64,000 nt of DNA from Candidatus Latescibacterota bacterium. GTDB taxonomy: Bacteria; Latescibacterota; UBA2968; UBA8231. The notes under the pieces are model-generated. The model was not told where the DNA came from, did no database searches, and saw only the letters and a list, made by a program, of their open reading frames with translations. Below, one piece after another: positions 56,745 through 64,000 of this stretch (position 1 is the first letter of the stretch; every line of letters begins with the position of its first letter). The stretch lies in NCBI GenBank assembly GCA_965206595.1, contig OZ242214.1:3040001-3104000 (forward strand), read 5' to 3'. The translations under genes were made by a program, and so were the position numbers.

Positions 56745-56786
56745 AAAGAGGGCGCCGAGGTAATTCCCGGCACCCTCTTTTTTTTT
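56745..56786. terminator. Probable bidirectional intrinsic terminator between the convergent ABC operon and csp
   Basis: aaagagggcgccg...cggcaccctc followed by T9 on +; 15 nt past the csp stop. Confidence 0.8.
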
Positions 56787-56801
56787 CCGAAGCGGTTGGC
56801 T

Positions 56802-57011
56802 CTACAGCGCCCTGACGTTCTCCGCGGCGGGGCCCTTCTGGCCCGACACCACCTCGAACTCGACCTGCTGGCCTTCAGCGAGCGACTTGAAGCCGTCTGT
56901 CTGAATGGCGCTGTAGTGCACGAAGACATCGTCCCCGTTCTGCACGCTGATGAAGCCGAAGCCCTTGGCGTCGTTAAACCACTTCACTGTTCCTGACTGG
57001 CGTTCCGCCAT
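56802..57011 (-). CDS. Cold-shock protein (CspA family)
   Basis: [15 protein letters not shown] (RNP1), DVFVHYSAI (RNP2), [10 protein letters not shown]; RBS GGAGG. Confidence 0.97.
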   Translation of the reverse strand: MAERQSGTVKWFNDAKGFGFISVQNGDDVFVHYSAIQTDGFKSLAEGQQVEFEVVSGQKGPAAENVRAL

Positions 57012-57143
57012 AAGAAAATACCCTCCCTGTGGGGCATGTGTTTGCAGCAGGACGTTTCGAGATGGACTGGCGGGATGTAACTCAGAACAGCGCGGAACGA
57101 CTGCCGAAAAAACCTCTGCGGGTGCAGAGACTCGAATGGAAAT

Positions 57144-57173
57144 AATATATGGCCAATGTCGAAGGAAATGCAA
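57144..57173 (-). promoter_or_regulatory. Putative sigma70 promoter of csp, implying a ~125-nt 5' UTR
   Basis: Minus strand TTGCAT-N18-TATATT with ATTGG in the spacer. Confidence 0.5.
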
Positions 57174-57268
57174 AAGCATTTTGCCGGTCGGGAATTATTT
57201 CGCCGTACTTGCGTTTTCGCGCGGCTTGCTGCGAGCCGGAGCAGGGAGCCCATCTTCGCAGGCCAGTC

Positions 57269-57306
57269 TCCCGTCTCCCCCCCGGGTACCCGGGGGGGAG
57301 ACGGGA
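57269..57306. repeat. Perfect 38-bp palindrome
   Basis: tcccgtctcccccccgggt|acccgggggggagacggga, 1 nt from the stop of the 57308..59143 gene. Confidence 0.9.
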
Positions 57307-57307
57307 T

Positions 57308-59143
57308 TCAGTTCGAGACACCCACCATCGGAGGGAAGTCATACGAAGGCCGGTGGACGAACCGCTTCATCCCGAGGTCGAGCTCGATGCGCGCGGCCGG
57401 TCCCAGCTCGACGAGAAGGTGCCTGCCCCCCACGGTCACCCGCTGCTCTTCCCCACCGCCGTCGCTGCCGCGGACCTCGGTGAACTCGTGCTCGCCGAAG
57501 GAACCGGCCTGAAGCAGCACCGGACGGGCATGGACCGGATCGGTGTTGACCAGGGTGACCCGGGCCCCGTGCGCACCGACGCGGTCGGCGAGGGCAGCGA
57601 CGTGCCGGGGCAGCCCGGCACGTCGCTGCTCCGGGTCGAAGTAGCGCAGGTGGGCCTGCAGCAGGCCTCCGTTGTACACCGCTGCCGGTGTCCCCATGGC
57701 CATCTGCACGAGAGCCTCCGGGAGCACCGGGCAGAGCCGCTGGAAGTGATAGCACTCCCGCGTTTCCGGGTCGGTGTCGTCTGCTTCGAGCCGGTCGAGG
57801 GCGCGGCAGACGCTGATGTAGGTGGTGTCGAGGACCTGCTCGGGGAACCGCGGGTTTTTCCCCTCGACGAACGCCGCCCAGGCCCTCGGCGGACAGATCC
57901 CCGCCTTGCCGGCGCCCCAGTCCTCCGGCAGGCCGGCGAACCCTTCCCGGCCGGGAAACAGCTCGTCGAGGCGGGCGAGGTCCTCCTCGCTCTGGCTCAG
58001 GTAGTAGAGGTGGATGTAGTGGTAGGGGTCCGGGGGCCGGTAGTCGAACCAGCCCTGGTCGCCGTGCCGGGACGGGATCATCTGCACCCCGTCGATCTCG
58101 CGGCGCAGCGACCACAGCATGTCGAGCTGCGAGCGACAGAGGTCGAGATGGGACATGTCTCCCGTCATCAGCGCCGCGCAGCTGCCGGCTACGAAGGCCG
58201 GCTCGACGACGTTGCGGGCCCCGTGCGGCCAGCGCCAGCCGTAGTACCCGCCCCACCACTTGCCGTTGTTCAGCTCCCCGACCCCGCCCCCGGGTCCGAT
58301 GTTGTCCGGCATGATGCCGTCGTTGGCGTCCCGGTGCTCGATCCACCTCTCCAGGTAGTCGAGCACCCACTGCCTGTACTTCTCCTCGCCGGTGTACAGG
58401 TAGGCGTTGGTGACCATGCTGGCGGCGTTCAGGTTCAGCGGCACGTCGCAGCGCGTCATGCGCTCGTTTATGAGGGCCAGGACCTTGGCGAAGATCCCGT
58501 CGTCGGTCCAGTCGACCTTGAACATCGGGTCGTCGCTGCCGGCCCCGGGTATGTCCTCGAAGGGGGAGAGGTAGTCGGCCAGGATCGGCCTGTGGTACTC
58601 CCAGTCGGCCTGCGTGGTGACGAATCGCGGGCCCCGACTGCCGTTCAGCGGACCGCGGATCATGCGCTTTTCCTCGTCCCAGTTCGGGGCCAGGGGGTCC
58701 TCCCCGGTGTACATGGCCGCGTAGCGCAGGGCGCGGTTGCGGTCGATGAAATGCCCGGGATCGGACATGGCGAGGTAGTAGATGTAGGTGTAGCTCTCGC
58801 TGTGGTGGAACCAATCGAAGCCGGTGACGAACTCGCGGTCGACGGTGCCGTAATCCGCGTACTGCCAGGTGATGGCGTCCCACTCCTTGCGGGCGGTGCG
58901 GTGAGTGAACTCGCTGCCGCCGAGGAGGTAGAAGAGCGGAAACGACAAGAAGGCCTCGTAGCCGTTGTCGGTACCGTCCATGCTCGTCCAGACCGTGCGC
59001 TGGATCAGGGTGCCGTCCGGGCGCGTCGCATGCTTTGTGAAGCGGACGGCCGCCCGGTCCATCAGGTCGAACAGGTGGCGCTGGCGCACCGCCCAATCCG
59101 GCGGGATCGTACGGTTGCTGGCACGCAGAGTCGTCATGGTCAT
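57308..59143 (-). CDS. Hypothetical protein, Trp/Tyr/His-rich (possible alpha/alpha-toroid carbohydrate-active enzyme)
   Basis: 611 aa ORF with RBS AAGGAGG and typical codon bias; DWFHHSE, GKWWGGYYGW motifs; fold is inference. Confidence 0.7.
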   Translation of the reverse strand: MTMTTLRASNRTIPPDWAVRQRHLFDLMDRAAVRFTKHATRPDGTLIQRTVWTSMDGTDNGYEAFLSFPLFYLLGGSEFTHRTARKEWDAITWQYADYGTVDREFVTGFDWFHHSESYTYIYYLAMSDPGHFIDRNRALRYAAMYTGEDPLAPNWDEEKRMIRGPLNGSRGPRFVTTQADWEYHRPILADYLSPFEDIPGAGSDDPMFKVDWTDDGIFAKVLALINERMTRCDVPLNLNAASMVTNAYLYTGEEKYRQWVLDYLERWIEHRDANDGIMPDNIGPGGGVGELNNGKWWGGYYGWRWPHGARNVVEPAFVAGSCAALMTGDMSHLDLCRSQLDMLWSLRREIDGVQMIPSRHGDQGWFDYRPPDPYHYIHLYYLSQSEEDLARLDELFPGREGFAGLPEDWGAGKAGICPPRAWAAFVEGKNPRFPEQVLDTTYISVCRALDRLEADDTDPETRECYHFQRLCPVLPEALVQMAMGTPAAVYNGGLLQAHLRYFDPEQRRAGLPRHVAALADRVGAHGARVTLVNTDPVHARPVLLQAGSFGEHEFTEVRGSDGGGEEQRVTVGGRHLLVELGPAARIELDLGMKRFVHRPSYDFPPMVGVSN

Positions 59144-59162
59144 GGAATCGCCTCCTTCGGTT

Positions 59163-60407
59163 TCATATTCCGCGGGAATCTAACGGCTCGTGCATGGCGT
59201 GGCGACCATGCTGATCTTTGTGTCCTGTTCCACCGATATCCCGCAATCTATTTCCGGGACAGGGCTCCGGCATCCCGTTTAACAGCCCATCCGGGCCGCG
59301 GCCGAGCAACTTTGTCAACGGACTGTTCGGGCCGGTCCGACACATCCCTCGTCGATGACTACCGATTCTCCATTCGGGGTCGCCGATGGCGTCGAGGACG
59401 CGCCGCGTCTCGCTGTAGACCACCTTGCTGAAGAACTCGTCGGGAAAGCCCATCTCCATGTTCATCATGGAGTTGACCCCGGGAAGCTCGATCCCGAGAA
59501 GCGCCTTGACCGCGGCGAAACAGTCCGCCTCGGTCAGCGACGGATTCCAGTTTTCCAGGCGCCTCACCCACCGGGCTATGGTTCCGTACATGCCGTCCAT
59601 GCCGCGGTGCCAGAAGTAGTGCTTGGGAAAAATGTAGTCGAAGTACTCCGCCATCTGATGGTAGTTCTGCCCGGTCAGTGACGACCAGGTCGCCGCCCGC
59701 GGAATCCTCCCGAGCTCGACCCTGCTGTCGACGCCGTCGACCTGCTCGCGCATGTAGCGCCAGTCGGCGCGGGAACGCTCCTGGCGCTGGCGCAGCCAGT
59801 AGAGGACGTCCTCGTTGACGTCGAACAGGATCAGGGACGCCAGCATCCCCCCGGCGGCGTGGTAGCGCACCATCTCCGGGCTGAGGTTGTGCAGGCGCTC
59901 GCGCAGATGGGCGATGCCGCGGCGGATGCGATCGACCTCGGCGCCACTCTGCGAGAAACGCTCGTCCTCACCGGGGCGCAGCTCGAGCAGCTCGCCGCCG
60001 TGATGGAAAGCGAGCTCGTAGTGGTTTTCCCCCGGGCCGTCGGAGATCACCCCGTGCACCTGCGGAAAGGCGTTCATCAGGTCCTGCATGTGCACGGTGG
60101 GTCCGACGCCGCTGAAAATGAGGATGCGCCAGCCGCGTTCCGCTGCGTTGTCGAGCATCGCCTGCAGCTTCTTCTCCTTTTCGAGATCGCGCGGGCGCGG
60201 TTCGGGGGGCTCGGCTCCGAACGCCTCGTAGAGCTTGCGGTCCGGTGCCCAGGCGGGAATCTTGGTGCCGTCCTCCTGGAGAAACTCCATGCGGCCGACG
60301 GCGAGGCCGCGCACTCCGCCCTCCTCCCAGGCGTCGAAGCGCTCCTCGAAACCGTCGAGCCAGTGCTCGTGCGGACTGTCGCTGCAGGTGAACACCCAGA
60401 GTTTCAT
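59163..60407 (-). CDS. Hypothetical protein, probably 3'-truncated near 59375
   Basis: MKLWVF start with RBS; PKHYFWHRG.DG motif; after DAIGDP the frame continues through promoter-like sequence. Confidence 0.6.
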   Translation of the reverse strand: MKLWVFTCSDSPHEHWLDGFEERFDAWEEGGVRGLAVGRMEFLQEDGTKIPAWAPDRKLYEAFGAEPPEPRPRDLEKEKKLQAMLDNAAERGWRILIFSGVGPTVHMQDLMNAFPQVHGVISDGPGENHYELAFHHGGELLELRPGEDERFSQSGAEVDRIRRGIAHLRERLHNLSPEMVRYHAAGGMLASLILFDVNEDVLYWLRQRQERSRADWRYMREQVDGVDSRVELGRIPRAATWSSLTGQNYHQMAEYFDYIFPKHYFWHRGMDGMYGTIARWVRRLENWNPSLTEADCFAAVKALLGIELPGVNSMMNMEMGFPDEFFSKVVYSETRRVLDAIGDPEWRIGSHRRGMCRTGPNSPLTKLLGRGPDGLLNGMPEPCPGNRLRDIGGTGHKDQHGRHAMHEPLDSRGI

Positions 60408-60784
60408 CTTCTCTTCCTTTATATATACTCCCCGGTTGAGCGGCGCCGCCGCGGGGCGTAGAGTAGGTGGAGGAACCTCGGCGATGTCAAGCCGCCGCCA
60501 GGGGGCCTGCGGAGGCGTATGGCTGCCTGGAAAGTGGGGGAAAACCCTTCCGTCCCGACCCGGCAACCGATCCGGGTTGCCTGAGAAAACGCGGCCGACC
60601 CCCTCACGACGAAAGCGAAGGAAACCGAAATGGAAATGGGCGCCTGGACGACCATCGATCGGCGAACCTGTTCGAGTACCGGATTCGGGCTTCGTCCGGC
60701 CCTTGCCGCCGGTCCTGGCGTTGCCCTCGCTCCGCCCATCTGCCCTCCACGAGCTTCTGGCCACGAGCCGGATTTTCCACCGCG

Positions 60785-62206
60785 ATGACTCCGACTCGCC
60801 GCCAAGGGAAAAAAGAGGTACTCCTGGCGGGGTACGGTCTTCCCTACTGGCTCGACTTCGAGCGCCCGTCCTATCCCTCCCTCGAAGAACGGGTACAGGC
60901 CGACGCCGCGATCATCGGCGCCGGCATCGCCGGCTTGAAGATCGCCGACTGCCTCAGCGGCCGCGGCCTCTCCTGCGTGGTCATCGACGGCGGTAGAGTG
61001 GGGGAAGGGGCTTCCTCCAGAAACCAGGGGTGCATCGTCACCGGCCTCGGCATGCCCTACTCCGCGCTGGTTCAAAAGGCCGGCCGGGAAATGGCGCGCT
61101 CGCTGGTGGCCCTCAGCTACTACAATCAGGATCTCCTCGTCGACCAGATGGAGCGCCACGCCATCCACTGCGATTACGAGGTTCTCGGCGAGACCGGGCT
61201 TGTCCGCGGCGACCAGCCCGATGCCGGGCGGGTGCTGGAATCGCTCGGCGGCGACGTTCACCTGCTCCGGGAAGACGGCTTCGCCGCCGAATACCTCGAT
61301 GCCGGGGAGGCGCTCGCCGCGACCGGCTCCACGCTGTTCGCCGGCGGGATCAAGTTCCCGCGAGACGCCCAGTTCCATTCCGGCCGTTTCGCCGCCGGCC
61401 TCGGGGCAGCCGTTTCCCGCCTGCGCGGCGTTCGCCTTTTCGAGGGCTCCCCGGTCCTGTCGATCGAGGAGAGCGGCGGCGACCTCCTCCTGCGCACTCC
61501 CCGCGGCGAGATCAGATCCCGCCACCTCTTCGTGGCCGCCAACGCCCTCGCCCCCCAGTTGCTGCCGGGGCTGACGGGCAGTCTGCGGGCAGAACGGGGA
61601 CAGGTGCTGGTCACCGAGCCGCTGGCTGCGAGGCCCTGCCGCGGCTGTTTCGGGGGTGGGCTGGCCTGGTGGCGGGACATCCGCGAAGCCGACGGCAGGT
61701 ACCGGCTGCTCTTCGGCGGGGCGCGGCGCCGCGACGAGCCGGACAGCCTGTTCAAGCAGTACGGGACCAACGGCACGCGGAATCCCCGCCTCGGGAACGG
61801 TTTCCTGCCGACGGTCGCCCACCAGCGCCGTCTGCATGCGCGCCTCGCCGAAGTCTTTCCCCACCTGACCGGTATCCGCATCACCCATCGCTGGGGGGGC
61901 CTGCAGTCTTTCACCTGCGACGGAGTCCCCCTGATCGGCGCTCTCGATCCGGAGCGCCGCATCTACGGCATGGCCGGCTTCTCGGGGATGGGGAACTCCT
62001 ACTCCAACGTCGGCGCCGCCTACCTCGCCGACCGCGCCGCCGGGGTGACCGGGGAGGTCGAGCGGCGCTTCGGCCCGACCCTCGATATTCTCCTGGCCCC
62101 CCACCGGGAGGGGGCTCTCTGGCCCGGACCGGAGCCGACGCTGGCGCGCTCCGCAACAGGCGGAGTCTTTCGCCCCGGCCCGACTTCCCATAGTTCCTCG
62201 GCCTAG
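60785..62206 (+). CDS. FAD-dependent oxidoreductase (DAO/PuuB-like)
   Basis: IIGAGIAG, GASSRNQG, WGG...DGVPLIG, GFSGMG. Confidence 0.9.
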   Translation: MTPTRRQGKKEVLLAGYGLPYWLDFERPSYPSLEERVQADAAIIGAGIAGLKIADCLSGRGLSCVVIDGGRVGEGASSRNQGCIVTGLGMPYSALVQKAGREMARSLVALSYYNQDLLVDQMERHAIHCDYEVLGETGLVRGDQPDAGRVLESLGGDVHLLREDGFAAEYLDAGEALAATGSTLFAGGIKFPRDAQFHSGRFAAGLGAAVSRLRGVRLFEGSPVLSIEESGGDLLLRTPRGEIRSRHLFVAANALAPQLLPGLTGSLRAERGQVLVTEPLAARPCRGCFGGGLAWWRDIREADGRYRLLFGGARRRDEPDSLFKQYGTNGTRNPRLGNGFLPTVAHQRRLHARLAEVFPHLTGIRITHRWGGLQSFTCDGVPLIGALDPERRIYGMAGFSGMGNSYSNVGAAYLADRAAGVTGEVERRFGPTLDILLAPHREGALWPGPEPTLARSATGGVFRPGPTSHSSSA

Positions 62207-62425
62207 TGTCCGCGAGCGCAGTTCTGCAACATCCGTTTCACTCTTTGCGTCCCAACCTGCTGAGTGACTTGACAAACCGGGGAAGTATTCCCCCCTGTTG
62301 CAGGAGCGCATTCTTCCAGGCAACACCTGGAGGTCCCACCCGAACCGCGGCCGACGCCTGGCTTATCCGCCTTCGACGAACCCGGAAGCTGAGTCGGCAG
62401 CTCCCCTATCCGACAAGAGGCCATC

Positions 62426-63889
62426 ATGCCGAACTCGTACGACACGGAACAAGAGACCGGGGAGGATGCCCTTGCCGGCCGCCTCACCGACGAGCAGGTA
62501 CAGCAGTTCATCGCCGACGGGTACCTGACCGTTCACGCCGACTACCCTGCCTCGTTTCACGAGGGGATATGCCGGAAGCTCGACTCGGTGCTGGAAAGGG
62601 AGGGGAACCCGGGGAACAACATCCTGCCGCGCATTCCCGAGATCGGGCAGGTCTTCCGGCACCCCGCGGTGGCCGGGGCCCTGACCAGCCTCCTCGGTCC
62701 GGGGTACATCCTCCATCCGCACCGGTATTGCCACCTCAACCCGCCCGGAAGCAGCGGCCAGTCCTGGCACAAGGACAACTACGTCTTCGACCACAACCTG
62801 CGCCACCCGCGCTTCTCCTGGGTGCTCGCCTTCTACTACCCGCAGGAGACGACAGCGGAGATGGGCCCCTCGGGCCTCCTGCCGGGGACGCAGTTCCAGC
62901 GCACGATCAGCGATCCCGACCCCGCGGCCACGAGGGAACGGGAGGCGGGGATCTGCGGTCCGGCAGGCACGGTGGGGCTCATCCATTTCGACTCCTGGCA
63001 CCGGGCCCTACGCAACGCCAGCGGCCGCGGCCGTTACATGCTCAAGTTCCAGTTCGCGCGTCTGCGCGAGCCGGCCGCCCCCACCTGGAACCACCGGAAT
63101 CCCGCCTGGGCCCCGGGTAGCGGCAACCCCAATCCGCGGGTTTCCCGCGATGTCTGGGACTGGATGAGAGGAAGCAGTGCGAATGGAGCCGGCAGCCCGG
63201 CTCCCGGGACCTCCGCGGAGGGGGATTCCGAGGCCGCGCTTCTCGAAGCGGCGTACCAACTCGCGGCCGTCGGCGAGGCCGCGGTCCCCGAACTGACCGC
63301 GGCAATGCGGGAGCAGACCCTTGCCTCCCTCGGGGAGACGACGGCGAAAACCCCGGACAACGCCCACGGGACCAACCCGACCCCCGGGCCCGCGGCAACC
63401 GCCCTGACCGCGGCCGGTGGCGCCGCGGTTCCCGCCCTGATCGACACCCTGGGAGACCCCCACTGGTGGGTGCGAGCCGTCGCCGCCGGAATCTTCGCCC
63501 GCATGGGCGGCGAGGCCGCCGAGGCGGTGCCGGCCCTGACTGCGGCGCTGGGGGACGATCACTGGTGGGTGCGGAGAAACGCCGCCGAGGCGCTCGGGAC
63601 CATCGGCCAGTACGGCGGCTGGCTCGTGGGGGAAATGGGCAGGTTGCTAGGCGACGGCGACTACCGCGTCCGTCGCAATGCGGCGCTGACCCTGGCAAAG
63701 ATCGGCCCGGACGCCGAGGCCGCGGTCCCCGACATCCTTCCCTTGCTGGGGGACGAAAACCGCTACAACCGCTTCTACGGGGGACTGGCCCTGCAGCGCA
63801 TCGGCACCCCGAAAGCCGGCGAAGCGCTTCTCGACTCACTGTTCGAGTCGCGCTGGTGCCCGTTGACCACCAGGGACGACATGTACTGA
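62426..63889 (+). CDS. PhyH dioxygenase fused to HEAT repeats
   Basis: FIADGYL, WHKD, DSWHRA, RYMLKF; C-terminal AVPAL...D.HWWVR..AA repeats. Confidence 0.88.
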   Translation: MPNSYDTEQETGEDALAGRLTDEQVQQFIADGYLTVHADYPASFHEGICRKLDSVLEREGNPGNNILPRIPEIGQVFRHPAVAGALTSLLGPGYILHPHRYCHLNPPGSSGQSWHKDNYVFDHNLRHPRFSWVLAFYYPQETTAEMGPSGLLPGTQFQRTISDPDPAATREREAGICGPAGTVGLIHFDSWHRALRNASGRGRYMLKFQFARLREPAAPTWNHRNPAWAPGSGNPNPRVSRDVWDWMRGSSANGAGSPAPGTSAEGDSEAALLEAAYQLAAVGEAAVPELTAAMREQTLASLGETTAKTPDNAHGTNPTPGPAATALTAAGGAAVPALIDTLGDPHWWVRAVAAGIFARMGGEAAEAVPALTAALGDDHWWVRRNAAEALGTIGQYGGWLVGEMGRLLGDGDYRVRRNAALTLAKIGPDAEAAVPDILPLLGDENRYNRFYGGLALQRIGTPKAGEALLDSLFESRWCPLTTRDDMY

Positions 63890-63952
63890 CGTTCTTGCGA
63901 AAGGAAGGCCTTGGGCGCCGGCTCCCGCAACGGACATTCAGGAGGATCGAAA

Positions 63953-64000
63953 GTGAAGCACATCATCGTCACCGGTGCCAAAGGGGGCACCGGCTTCAGC
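63953..64000 (+). CDS. NAD-dependent epimerase/SDR, 5' fragment running off the window
   Basis: RBS GGAGG; (M)KHIIVTGAKGGTG Rossmann start. Confidence 0.7.
   Translation, partial: MKHIIVTGAKGGTGFS

Noticed and set aside
62207-62425. Possible riboswitch or leader RNA (TTGACA plus short hairpins)
   Set aside because: No recognisable aptamer consensus or correctly spaced -10; needs an Rfam scan

Overview
High-GC bacterial chromosomal window with no rRNA, tRNA, CRISPR array, integrase or transposase that I could recognise. The backbone is catabolic: at least 7 PhyH-type Fe/2-oxoglutarate dioxygenase genes or relics, a sulfatase, an idonate-type dehydrogenase, a UxuA-like dehydratase, a PhnY/PhnZ-like pair, a sugar ABC transporter, and secreted multidomain proteins, one with an FlgD/T9SS-like tail. 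This style suggests a Latescibacterota/Gemmatimonadota-like organism, possibly a sponge symbiont (inference only). Two defence islands interrupt the backbone. Island 1 (~14.6-22.9 kb) is a type III R-M Mod/Res pair followed by a frameshifted HEPN protein gene. Island 2 (~36.4-50.2 kb) is a type I R-M locus interleaved with a PD-(D/E)xK+EVE-like nuclease, an ABC-ATPase/TOPRIM(DUF4276) pair, AbiEi/AbiEii, a RelE-type TA pair and a Fic protein, and its HsdR carries a C-terminal Schlafen/AlbA_2 domain. The best novelty candidates are the HsdR-Schlafen fusion within a multiply 'guarded' type I R-M island, the EVE-like nuclease, and a tandem PhyH protein whose second domain has an HxG (halogenase-type) motif. 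Several genes carry single-base frameshifts that may be real or sequencing errors. All family assignments come from motif recognition by eye; no database searches were run.
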